Below are positions 8,161-16,332 of a stretch of 64,000 nucleotides of DNA, one piece after another. The DNA is taken from the sequence record PZ476263.1; one strand, 5' to 3'. The translations under genes were made by a program, and so were the position numbers. This stretch comes from a phage. Each line of letters starts with the position of its first letter. Position 1 is the stretch's first letter. The notes beneath the pieces were generated by a model. The model worked only from the letters and a program-made list of their open reading frames with translations, made no database searches and had not been told where the DNA came from.

Positions 8161-8291
8161 AACTCCCCCATTATATCTAAAACTACAGGAATCATAAACA
8201 ACACCAAAATGGTCCCCCATGTAAGGTATGCGTACCAATCAGGCCAAAGTAAGTAATCGCAATTTTCCCATTCCCTGTTTGGATTTTTCAT
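8157..8291 (-). CDS. Possible small membrane protein (44 aa)
   Basis: Not in the track. MKNPNREWENCDYLLWPDWYAYLTWGTILVLFMIPVVLDIMGEL, with a hydrophobic C-terminal half. Confidence 0.4.
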   Translation of the reverse strand: MKNPNREWENCDYLLWPDWYAYLTWGTILVLFMIPVVLDIMGEL

Positions 8292-8292
8292 A

Positions 8293-8412
8293 TCAGAGAA
8301 CCAGAAGAACAAACAGTGTAGCAACGATCATCACGGCAATTTCTTTCTTAGAGAAAGATGTGGAAGGTAAAGCCTTGGTATCGCTGTAATTTTTCCAGAT
8401 ATTGTTTTGCAT
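8293..8412 (-). CDS. Possible small membrane protein (39 aa)
   Basis: Not in the track. MQNNIWKNYSDTKALPSTSFSKKEIAVMIVATLFVLLVL. Its start overlaps the upstream stop. Confidence 0.4.
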   Translation of the reverse strand: MQNNIWKNYSDTKALPSTSFSKKEIAVMIVATLFVLLVL

Positions 8413-8600
8413 CAGTAGATCCCCATAATAAATTCATCACCTTTGAAAATACCGTTAGTCATGGTATTCCCCCATGTGCCGAAGAAAGACTCGCCAGATG
8501 CCTCGTTCTCAAGGTCTACCCATAGACTCTCTTCGTCTTCAATGAGATCACTATACAGATGGGCGTTCACGAAGTCAAGTGCAGAACTAATAGTTTTCAT
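8412..8600 (-). CDS. Hypothetical acidic protein (62 aa)
   Basis: Intact co-oriented ORF. Confidence 0.55.
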   Translation of the reverse strand: MKTISSALDFVNAHLYSDLIEDEESLWVDLENEASGESFFGTWGNTMTNGIFKGDEFIMGIY

Positions 8601-8603
8601 AAT

Positions 8604-8936
8604 TTATTCTTCTTCTCCTGGGAAATGGTCGATGATTTCATTAATTTTTTCTTCTAGGGCAACGGTATGCATTTCTAACATCGCTTCCGCCACAAGTCTT
8701 TTGAATTCGCTATTGCTATCTTCAAGTCGCGCTTGAAAAGTCTCCACACAGACTACATGGAACCTTAAGAGATCATTGTATTTGATGATTGTCGGAATGT
8801 AATCTCGAAGACAATCTGCCAGACTAGAATACTTTTCAGCCATGTAATTAATGACCATGTACAATCTGTCGATTTCTTTTTTCAAGGTGGGATTTTTTAC
8901 GTACTCTTCCTTTAAGTCTTTGATATCTTTTTTCAT
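8604..8936 (-). CDS. Hypothetical protein (110 aa)
   Basis: Intact co-oriented ORF. Confidence 0.6.
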   Translation of the reverse strand: MKKDIKDLKEEYVKNPTLKKEIDRLYMVINYMAEKYSSLADCLRDYIPTIIKYNDLLRFHVVCVETFQARLEDSNSEFKRLVAEAMLEMHTVALEEKINEIIDHFPGEEE

Positions 8937-8947
8937 TTTGTTCTCCC

Positions 8948-9160
8948 CTATTCTTTGTATACTACAACAGATTTTTCTTTTGTGTACCAGCCCTTAACAA
9001 TCTCAATTGCTTGTTTTGCTTCAGTGTAGCTTTCAAAATCTTTGTGTTCATGAGGTCCAAGGCGAACAGTCATGAAAGGAGTAAACCAGTGGGGCTTATA
9101 CTTAACTTGATAATACGTTGAATTATCTAACCTTTTAAATTTTATAATCTTAAATTTCAT
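8948..9160 (-). CDS. Hypothetical protein (70 aa)
   Basis: Intact ORF with a 4-nt overlap on the upstream gene. Confidence 0.55.
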   Translation of the reverse strand: MKFKIIKFKRLDNSTYYQVKYKPHWFTPFMTVRLGPHEHKDFESYTEAKQAIEIVKGWYTKEKSVVVYKE

Positions 9161-9624
9161 TTGTCCTCCCAGTTACCCGTCTTATACCCCGTCATAAATT
9201 GTTCAATATCGTATGCTGATTTAATGTTCCGATTAACGAAGTCCATCCACTCAGGAAATAAGGCCGTCATCATCATGTGTATTTCATCGTCAATTATCTC
9301 AGTCCCTTCTTCTTCGAGATAATCTCTTACAACAATAGGCATAAGGATGTGTACTCTTTTGCCTTTAAATTCAACGACTTTTGTACATAACATACTGTCT
9401 CCGTTTTCAGAAGGTATCCAAGTAAAACCGGATTCATTCATAGACACTCGAAATTTATCGTAGATACTCGATCTAGAATGCAACTCCAAGCAAAATCTAC
9501 GTTCACTGGATAGGTGGTGTTTGTTATCTTCATGGAGGATGGTGGCTTTTCTTCCTTTGTTTTTACCACGAAGGATCCTTACTGTTTCTCCTGCGGCAAA
9601 CATATCAATTCCTTTCTGAATCAT
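9157..9624 (-). CDS. DFFEDP-family paralog A, with an N-terminal KOW-like motif
   Basis: C-terminal RDYLEEEGTEIIDDEIHMMMTALFPEW. N-terminal GETVRILRGKNKGRKATI. ATG at 9624 preferred over the TTG at 9630. Confidence 0.55.
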   Translation of the reverse strand: MIQKGIDMFAAGETVRILRGKNKGRKATILHEDNKHHLSSERRFCLELHSRSSIYDKFRVSMNESGFTWIPSENGDSMLCTKVVEFKGKRVHILMPIVVRDYLEEEGTEIIDDEIHMMMTALFPEWMDFVNRNIKSAYDIEQFMTGYKTGNWEDK

Positions 9625-10145
9625 CCACAAAACCTCTCTCTTAATTTATCTCTGATATTATTAAGTCCTTCATTAAGCTTGGGCAATTCTGTCACAATAC
9701 CAGGGAAGAGTACATCAAAGAAATTCACTTCTTCCAATGTCGGACGACTCATGTCTTCAAAGAAGTCTTCTACCCTAATAAAATCTGTCCAAACTTTTGC
9801 TCTTCGTACTGCCAAGTGAACAGGTGTTCCATCAGAGAAGATCATCCAAGATATGCGAACATCATCAGTCTTAGGCTTAGGCAGTGTCGATATACAGAAC
9901 CGAGGCTTGTCTCTTAGGTTTGTCGAGGTCTGGCCCCAAAAACTCCCACGACCATACTGAAATTTGAACTTTACCTTCCCCACTTTCTGGGTGGTCTTCA
10001 TATCCCTGCGGAAGTCATGACCTTCTGTATATACAAGGTTCCGAATGTATTGATGTCGGCTACGGATGTGGCTCCATTGGGACCACTCCATAGATAGACG
10101 ATTCATTATACCCCTGAAATTTCTGAAATCAATCTCCGTTATCAT
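9621..10145 (-). CDS. DFFEDP-family paralog B (174 aa)
   Basis: VEDFFEDMSRPTLEEVNFFDVLFPGIV. Confidence 0.6.
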   Translation of the reverse strand: MITEIDFRNFRGIMNRLSMEWSQWSHIRSRHQYIRNLVYTEGHDFRRDMKTTQKVGKVKFKFQYGRGSFWGQTSTNLRDKPRFCISTLPKPKTDDVRISWMIFSDGTPVHLAVRRAKVWTDFIRVEDFFEDMSRPTLEEVNFFDVLFPGIVTELPKLNEGLNNIRDKLRERFCG

Positions 10146-10389
10146 CTTCTTCTTTATCCTCAGCTACTGTAGTCTTTGGTGGCTCTGCCCCAACAATTTC
10201 AAATTTGGCAACACCCAGTACAACAACATGCCCCAGTGAGGATACTCCTGTCCAAGCTGTGCCGTTCTTTTTAGTGCGGTCACCAGTGATATCACAGAAA
10301 TCATTCTTCATCTCTGTAGCTTCGTATACTTTACCCTTTTGAAATACGTCTGTAAAGTCTTTAATTACATTTACACATTTGATTTCCAC
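10129..10389 (-). CDS. Hypothetical protein (86 aa)
   Basis: Intact ORF with an acidic tail. Confidence 0.55.
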   Translation of the reverse strand: MEIKCVNVIKDFTDVFQKGKVYEATEMKNDFCDITGDRTKKNGTAWTGVSSLGHVVVLGVAKFEIVGAEPPKTTVAEDKEEDDNGD

Positions 10390-10398
10390 AATCTCTCC

Positions 10399-10683
10399 TC
10401 ACCCTATTGAAAAGTTAACTACCAGTTCTCGCCTTTGTATATGAGATTTCTCGATAGCAATGTTTTTATAAAAATCTAAAACTTCGTGTAATCTTATAGC
10501 TCTCATCTTCAACTCATCGCTGAATAAGCCTCTATCCTTAGTTAACCAAGCAATTTCGTTAGCCTCTTCTTCAAGAGACGAGTCCTCAAAAATACCTTTT
10601 ATACTCAGGCGATCAATTGTTGAACAAATTGCTTCAAATTCGTACCAGTTCATATCTTCAATTTCCAATTTAGCAATCCTCAT
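10399..10683 (-). CDS. Hypothetical protein (94 aa)
   Basis: Intact co-oriented ORF. Confidence 0.55.
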   Translation of the reverse strand: MRIAKLEIEDMNWYEFEAICSTIDRLSIKGIFEDSSLEEEANEIAWLTKDRGLFSDELKMRAIRLHEVLDFYKNIAIEKSHIQRRELVVNFSIG

Positions 10684-10804
10684 CTTTATTTGAACGTTTT
10701 AATCGAATTTAAGGCCCCTAGAAGCCACGTAGGATTAAATTTAAAGAGAGGATGATAAATCACCTTACCTATCTTTAAACTTCGTCAGAGGCTTTCTGAG
10801 AGCG

Positions 10805-11068
10805 TTATAGACCGAGAGCTTCCATTTCGTACTTTAAACCTTGCAGCGTACCATTAAAAATAACAGGTTTGCCCTCGACAGGTTGATTGATAAAAACCTG
10901 ATTAGTGACTTCATCAATGTAAGTTAATTCTTCTTTTATCAACGGCTCTTCAAAGACTTGCTTGTTGATCCCTGGAAGAACCATAAGGACAGCCATTGTC
11001 GCATCAGATCCAAATCCACATTCAACTGCTTTATCTTCTTCTCGGTTGTAAATCCAAATAGTTACCAT
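10805..11068 (-). CDS. Hypothetical protein (87 aa)
   Basis: Intact co-oriented ORF. Confidence 0.55.
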   Translation of the reverse strand: MVTIWIYNREEDKAVECGFGSDATMAVLMVLPGINKQVFEEPLIKEELTYIDEVTNQVFINQPVEGKPVIFNGTLQGLKYEMEALGL

Positions 11069-11358
11069 TCGATATCTCCTGCGATATTTTTAATTTTCTG
11101 AATTGCAGCCTCGCGATGTTGATTAGATAAAGAAAAATCTCGAATCACCATGTTGCCACTCAATTTTGTTTTACAGACATTAACAAAATTCTGTGCACAA
11201 TTCAAGGCTTCTTTTGCTTCTTCTGGATAAGCGATCTCGAACAATCTCCATTCATGCTCTAATTTTTCTTCGGATGTTTCTAGACATTCAAAGAAGTCTT
11301 CACGCAGTTTCTTTGGGAGGTAGTAAACTGCAAAACCTACGTAACGAAGGCTACTCAT
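11062..11358 (-). CDS. DFFEDP-family paralog C (98 aa)
   Basis: LREDFFECLETSEEKLEHEWRLFEIAYPEEA. The ATG at 11358 overlaps the upstream stop (ATGA). Confidence 0.55.
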   Translation of the reverse strand: MSSLRYVGFAVYYLPKKLREDFFECLETSEEKLEHEWRLFEIAYPEEAKEALNCAQNFVNVCKTKLSGNMVIRDFSLSNQHREAAIQKIKNIAGDIEW

Positions 11359-11510
11359 CGGATATACCTTACAGCAGCAATCCCCAGCAATGCACCAGCA
11401 ATACACGATACAAATAGACTATCCATGACTGTAATGCCTGATAGGCCACATACTGTTGCGATAATAACAGAACCTGCATTAATGAACGCTACACGTTTTA
11501 CGGTTTTCAT
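11355..11510 (-). CDS. Possible small membrane protein (51 aa)
   Basis: Not in the track. MKTVKRVAFINAGSVIIATVCGLSGITVMDSLFVSCIAGALLGIAAVRYIR. ATGA overlaps at both ends. Confidence 0.45.
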   Translation of the reverse strand: MKTVKRVAFINAGSVIIATVCGLSGITVMDSLFVSCIAGALLGIAAVRYIR

Positions 11511-11857
11511 TTTATTTCCTCATTAGTTTTGTAAAATTCTTTTTCTGCTTGCAATTCCATCCATGCAGACTTCCAAGCGCTCTTTATTCTCTTTGCAACT
11601 TCTGGGAATGATACATCCAAAAGCATAAACTCGTCAAGAGAAATTTTCAAAGGGTCTTCAAAGAAGTCTAAAATTTCTTTATCGACAGCGACCGCAAATG
11701 TAATACCTTTGTACCCTAAGTTAGTGGTCTTGTATGAATTATTAAACGCACCGCCGTATTTTGTTTCCAGCATATCAAGAATACTTTGCTTAGATGTTGT
11801 TACTGTACCGTTCAACATAGAAGGCGAAGCCTGTATACTATTGTTATAAAGTGTCAT
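11507..11857 (-). CDS. DFFEDP-family paralog D (116 aa)
   Basis: EILDFFEDPLKISLDEFMLLDVSFPEVA. Confidence 0.6.
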   Translation of the reverse strand: MTLYNNSIQASPSMLNGTVTTSKQSILDMLETKYGGAFNNSYKTTNLGYKGITFAVAVDKEILDFFEDPLKISLDEFMLLDVSFPEVAKRIKSAWKSAWMELQAEKEFYKTNEEIK

Positions 11858-12300
11858 TTTCCATACATCTCCAAAAGTTTATGTTCCGCTTCATCTAAGA
11901 AGTATCCCATCTTCTCTATATGTACGCAAATTTCTGGGTACAGAGTCTTGAACATCTCATACTCGGAATCTTCAATTTCATTTGGATCCAAAAAGATATC
12001 TTCTAGTGCCACACGAACAGTCTTTCGAACCTCAGAGAAGTAATCGATATAGATCAGACGATTTTGCTTTTCCATGCAACTACGCCATTGCAGAGCGCAA
12101 GTGGAGAAAGCTGCATGAATACGTATATCATTACTTGTTTTTGGTCGTAAGAAAGATGCCTTCATTCCCGACTCAGGACTAGGCTCCTCTATCGTTAATG
12201 CTCCGTTTCCATTACCAAAAGCTTTCTTTCTCAGGTTGTGATTCATTGCTTTCTCAATGGACCAATCACGGATCAGACGTTCTAAAGTTTGTTTACTCAA
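11854..12300 (-). CDS. DFFEDP-family paralog E (148 aa)
   Basis: ALEDIFLDPNEIEDSEYEMFKTLYPEIC. Confidence 0.6.
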   Translation of the reverse strand: MSKQTLERLIRDWSIEKAMNHNLRKKAFGNGNGALTIEEPSPESGMKASFLRPKTSNDIRIHAAFSTCALQWRSCMEKQNRLIYIDYFSEVRKTVRVALEDIFLDPNEIEDSEYEMFKTLYPEICVHIEKMGYFLDEAEHKLLEMYGK

Positions 12301-12815
12301 AATGGAATCTCCTCAATAATTTTCATAACAATCGTACCGTTTAATCTAGCCTTCTCCAATGCTCGGAAAGTAGGGAAGAAATCTTTATTCATATCCACAA
12401 GGATAAAATCATCACCGTAAACCATTTCAAAGAAGTCGAGTTCTTGATCTGTTGGGTGAGTTGCATTCTCAAACATTTCATCGATAACCAGTGTTGGCTC
12501 ATTTACCCGAAGAAGCTTTGAGCTAGTTTCTGAAATTTCCAGTATTGTAAGCTGCTCCGAGAAAACTGTCAAGTATTTTAAATCACCTGTTTTCTGATCT
12601 AAGTGAACCTGCATATAGTTCCTGTTTCTGCCCCAAGCCGAGATCTGAGGAAGCAACTCAAAAGATGCACGATTGCCGATCTCTTTACCTTGCTTAACCT
12701 TCTCTTCAATAAATTGGAAGAGTGGTTGGTGCTTAAGCCAATGATTCCAACCTATCCAACGTGCACCGCGACCATAATTATCCAGAATTGCCTTTTGAAT
12801 GTTACGATTACTCAT
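12297..12815 (-). CDS. DFFEDP-family paralog F (172 aa)
   Basis: VIDEMFENATHPTDQELDFFEMVYGDDF. The track start at 12842 lies inside the terminator stem. The ATG at 12815 is preceded by GGGGG. Confidence 0.6.
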   Translation of the reverse strand: MSNRNIQKAILDNYGRGARWIGWNHWLKHQPLFQFIEEKVKQGKEIGNRASFELLPQISAWGRNRNYMQVHLDQKTGDLKYLTVFSEQLTILEISETSSKLLRVNEPTLVIDEMFENATHPTDQELDFFEMVYGDDFILVDMNKDFFPTFRALEKARLNGTIVMKIIEEIPF

Positions 12816-12827
12816 AAAACCCCCAAT

Positions 12828-12858
12828 AAAAAAGCCAGCCACCTTTCAGTGACTGGCT
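12828..12858 (-). terminator. Rho-independent terminator
   Basis: 8-bp stem ccagtcac/gtggctgg (minus sense) followed by CTTTTTT, just after the stop at 12863. Confidence 0.65.
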
Positions 12859-12862
12859 AGAA

Positions 12863-13321
12863 TCAGCTACTAATCACCACGAATAGGGTAATTATAGCGT
12901 ATACAATTGCGATTGCAAGAAAAACTTTACTAATTGGGTCATCGGTTAATCTCTTGATCCTCCCAAAGAATGTTGCTTTGGCTTTGTGCTCCCTCTCCAT
13001 CTTGTGAATCAAGACGATAAGGGAGTTTATATGAAGTTCGTCAGCACCTTGTGCGAAGGGTGTGTACTTGAATGTACCTTCTGAGTTCGCCATAAAGCTG
13101 CTGTGATACTTTTTGCCATCATAACTTTCGATGATAAGACCATCCTTAATCACCCGATAACTGACAGAACGGAATTTATCATAAAAAACATATGACCTAA
13201 AACCTTCAGAGTCGGGAGAACTTTTTCTGACATAGCCGTCGAAAAATTCCAATCTCTTTCCAGAATTAAGTTCCATGTTGTCAGCTAACATAGGGAGTTG
13301 ATTTACGTATGTGTAGAACAT
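12863..13321 (-). CDS. Hypothetical protein with a C-terminal TM helix (152 aa)
   Basis: Ends in the hydrophobic stretch VFLAIAIVYAIITLFVVISS. ATG at 13321 preferred over the GTG at 13339. Confidence 0.55.
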   Translation of the reverse strand: MFYTYVNQLPMLADNMELNSGKRLEFFDGYVRKSSPDSEGFRSYVFYDKFRSVSYRVIKDGLIIESYDGKKYHSSFMANSEGTFKYTPFAQGADELHINSLIVLIHKMEREHKAKATFFGRIKRLTDDPISKVFLAIAIVYAIITLFVVISS

Positions 13322-13352
13322 ATGGATCACCCCTTCCACTAAGCTGGGGTCA

Positions 13353-13423
13353 TTTTATCATATTATGAAAAAATACAACAGAGAAGATCACTATGTTTTA
13401 TCATATTGTGAATTTTTACAACA
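13353..13423. repeat. Two copies of a 28-nt element (ttttatcatattRtgaaWWWWtacaaca), period 43 nt
   Basis: Copies at 13353-13380 and 13396-13423. 23 of 28 positions are identical; the aaaa/tttt swap gives 4 of the 5 mismatches. Confidence 0.8.
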
Positions 13424-13470
13424 TTCGTGTTAAAGTGGTATTAATTAAAATAAATAGATTTTAATACATA

Positions 13471-13503
13471 GAAAATACCTATGAACCAGATCTGATCCAT
13501 AGG
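13471..13503 (-). terminator. Hairpin terminator after the aaRS-like gene
   Basis: cctatg...catagg stem enclosing the palindrome cagatctg, followed on the minus strand by TATTTTC. Confidence 0.5.
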
Positions 13504-13517
13504 CATTACATTTTTAT

Positions 13518-14102
13518 TCATTTTCGAAGAGAAGCTTTCTCTAAAACTAAGGATGTTCGAGGTTCAGCCAATCCTGTGCCATAAACATACCAATCACCGC
13601 TCAAATTTTGCCTTGCACCATAGGAACCGAGTTCAACTCCTCTGTATTTAACATCGTAACCGCCGTTTTCAGATACGATGACCATGTTATCAAAATCTAA
13701 ACCTAAGTGATTCAGGAGTTGAGTCATTTCTCTTGCCATATCTAAGCTCTCCATATTTCCTGACTTCTTATCCTTTGTGGGCTGGTAAAGCTCAAGTTTC
13801 AAAAATACATTTTGATGAATATCGTCAAGCTCGGCCTCGTCACGATAGCAAGGTGTCAGTGCCTGTAATTTTCCAGCAGGTAGGATTCCATCTTTTTCAA
13901 GCTGTAAAAAAGATTGCTCGGCGGAAGCAACAGCGCTTTTGCCGTTTGGCTGTTTAATTCTACCATCTTTAACGTCATCAGGGCAAGTTTTGGACATCAC
14001 ATCTTCATCAACATAACCTGGGACAGTTGTTTTTTCAAACCCTCTCTGCTCCCAAAAGTAAGAGGCTTCAAAAATAACCGCTAAACTAATTGGACTGTTC
14101 AT
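13518..14102 (-). CDS. Minimal class II aminoacyl-tRNA-synthetase-like catalytic core (194 aa), no anticodon-binding domain
   Basis: Motif-1-like FWEQRGFEKTTVPGYV. Motif-2-like LTPCYRDEAELDDIHQNVFLKLELY. Motif-3-like YGTGLAEPRTSLVLE. Confidence 0.4.
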   Translation of the reverse strand: MNSPISLAVIFEASYFWEQRGFEKTTVPGYVDEDVMSKTCPDDVKDGRIKQPNGKSAVASAEQSFLQLEKDGILPAGKLQALTPCYRDEAELDDIHQNVFLKLELYQPTKDKKSGNMESLDMAREMTQLLNHLGLDFDNMVIVSENGGYDVKYRGVELGSYGARQNLSGDWYVYGTGLAEPRTSLVLEKASLRK

Positions 14103-14111
14103 GTTATCTCC

Positions 14112-14618
14112 TTAGCGTTTACCGTTTTCAAATGCACGTTTGGTTATAGATGACATTTTGATCAGATCGTCTAATGTCACACCCTCATGGCTACTTTTTA
14201 GATAGCCTTCAATTGCACCGATCAAATCAGAAAGCTCTACCAGCTCCATGATCTTGCATCCTTGACTTTTGGCATCCAGTAATTCTTGAACCTCTTCAAG
14301 AATTTTTTCTGCTGTACCATATTGATGCTTTTCAATTTTAGCAAGATGATAACCGACAGATTTAGGATTTCGAGTGCTCGCTTCGAAGTTTCCACCAGCA
14401 ACATACCAATTCTTGTTGATAGTTACTATAAAAACTCCAATATCTTTTACATTGATACAGCTATAATCTTCACATGCCGACTTTGTTGTTTCAAATGGAT
14501 AATTGTCATCAACGCCTTTTTCTGCGACGAGATTCAACTTCAATCCGTGCATATCGAGCACACCGTTACGTCGTGCAACTTCCAGCAGATCTCGGTATTT
14601 GATTTGTTTATTTTTCAT
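14112..14618 (-). CDS. Protein with a C-terminal MazG/HisE-like all-alpha NTP pyrophosphohydrolase region (168 aa)
   Basis: GTAEKILEEVQELLDA...ELVELSDLIGAIEGYL...TKRAFENGKR fits the EExxE/D helical pattern. Confidence 0.4.
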   Translation of the reverse strand: MKNKQIKYRDLLEVARRNGVLDMHGLKLNLVAEKGVDDNYPFETTKSACEDYSCINVKDIGVFIVTINKNWYVAGGNFEASTRNPKSVGYHLAKIEKHQYGTAEKILEEVQELLDAKSQGCKIMELVELSDLIGAIEGYLKSSHEGVTLDDLIKMSSITKRAFENGKR

Positions 14619-14644
14619 TTTATCCTCTTTTTTTTTTGTTTAGA

Positions 14645-15130
14645 CTATGAAGCAGGCATACACCCCAACATTCTCCAACAATAATACCTTGTATTTTTAT
14701 CATGGTCAATATGATTTACGGGTCCTATCCTATTGCAACCGCAACATTTTTTCTCCTCTCTTAGATAATCTATGCTACAAGAGTGTGGGTGGTCGAAAGC
14801 ATCTCTCATCTCGAAACATAATTCAAGAAGCCACTTGAACCTCTTGGGGTAAGCAACTGAAAGCAATTCAAGTTCTTGAAAAGTAGGATTAACTGGGTCT
14901 TCAAAAAAGTCAAGCATGTCTTCATAAAGTATAACATTCTTAACTTTACCATTCTCAATTTCATAGGAGAAATCTTCTGTTAACCTTACCGTAACCTCTT
15001 TTACAAATAATTTATCTTCCTCATTTCTTCCCAGGTGGTCTTCGATCCATTTTATAACGAAGAATCTGCTTCTTTGAACATCCATGTTCAAAATTTCAAG
15101 CATATCTTCAATGCTTAAAGGTCTTTCCAT
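14645..15130 (-). CDS. DFFEDP-family paralog G with a Cys/His-rich tail (161 aa)
   Basis: EDMLDFFEDPVNPTFQELELLSVAYPKRF. C-terminus HPHSCSIDYLREEKKCCGCNRIGPVNHIDHD. Confidence 0.6.
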   Translation of the reverse strand: MERPLSIEDMLEILNMDVQRSRFFVIKWIEDHLGRNEEDKLFVKEVTVRLTEDFSYEIENGKVKNVILYEDMLDFFEDPVNPTFQELELLSVAYPKRFKWLLELCFEMRDAFDHPHSCSIDYLREEKKCCGCNRIGPVNHIDHDKNTRYYCWRMLGCMPAS

Positions 15131-16242
15131 ACCTGATCCTGTGCCTTTATAATCAAAGCCTCCGCAATTTTCAAATCACTTCGTTTAGGCAACTTTGTAG
15201 TCTTGTACAATTCACCACGGATCTCATTATCTTTCTTTTCTGCCCATTCAACAATCTCTTCGTAAGTTTTTGCACCGTTACGAATAGATAGTAGCTCTTC
15301 TGCATCTGGTCGCTTAACAATCACGTTACCAGTTCGAAGAATTTCTTCACCCATACGAAGAAGTCGTACAAGATGCATTGCATGTTTTGTGTCAAAACCG
15401 TACTTAACTTCAAGCTCGTGACGTTTTGCATTCCGGTTCTCTACCCATGTCCAATAATTACGATGTTTCTCTTTAGCTAAGTTGTGTTCTTGACGAAGAT
15501 ACTTAACGATAAACAGCGGACAGGTTGTTTTAACATCATCTCCGATTTTGTCGTATTCGAGAGCACGGATTGAACCATCCGGATTAAACATTGATGCACT
15601 TTCGAAATATGTCGACACAACACCATAAATATCTCCACCATAAGGGACCAACGTACAAAAATCATTCATGTTTCGTAATTTACGCGTGAAGACTTCATGG
15701 CTCATAACAGGATCGGATTGTAAATAACTTTGTACCAGTCGCATATAATCAAACTGGGTGGGCATTTCTTTCGGTTGCGGGTTGTTAATATGCTTATTGT
15801 GACCCTTGATCCGTTTTAACTGAGCCATAGCATAACCGCTGAAACGAAAAGCAACATTACTGTTCAACAGTTTGTGGAGATTCTCTTTAATGCCAAACCA
15901 AGCCTCATGCTCGTACAAAGTGGATTCTTTGTCTGTGAATCCTAATTCAATGATGTTTGGATTCATTTCTTTAAAAAGCGTCATGAATGTACCAAGTTCA
16001 TAAACCTTACCATCCTCTTCACCCTCAATGTTTAATTCGGTGACTGTTTTGAAAGGTGTACGAACAATATTTTCTTTTGCCACGAAGATCCCACGGATGT
16101 CTACATCACTTCCTTCCATGTTAGTCCCATAAGCATGTGATCCCGATAATGTCAGAAGAAGAACCTTCGCCACGTCTGGATGTTTTTCCAGTTTCTCTAC
16201 GATGCTTTTTACCTTTCCAGCACTCACAACAGAATTTGCCAT
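15115..16242 (-). CDS. Pol-beta-superfamily nucleotidyltransferase, RlaP-like (375 aa)
   Basis: LLLTLSGSHAYGTNMEGSDVDIRGIF is the GS-x10-DxD nucleotidyltransferase signature. RBS GGAGG. Confidence 0.6.
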   Translation of the reverse strand: MANSVVSAGKVKSIVEKLEKHPDVAKVLLLTLSGSHAYGTNMEGSDVDIRGIFVAKENIVRTPFKTVTELNIEGEEDGKVYELGTFMTLFKEMNPNIIELGFTDKESTLYEHEAWFGIKENLHKLLNSNVAFRFSGYAMAQLKRIKGHNKHINNPQPKEMPTQFDYMRLVQSYLQSDPVMSHEVFTRKLRNMNDFCTLVPYGGDIYGVVSTYFESASMFNPDGSIRALEYDKIGDDVKTTCPLFIVKYLRQEHNLAKEKHRNYWTWVENRNAKRHELEVKYGFDTKHAMHLVRLLRMGEEILRTGNVIVKRPDAEELLSIRNGAKTYEEIVEWAEKKDNEIRGELYKTTKLPKRSDLKIAEALIIKAQDQVWKDL

Positions 16243-16332
16243 TTATCCTCCAATCATTCTTATCACAGAGGCCAACCCAGTTGGCCTGTTTTATTTTTAT
16301 AAAGTATACGCAACTAGTGCAATCTTTTTTAC

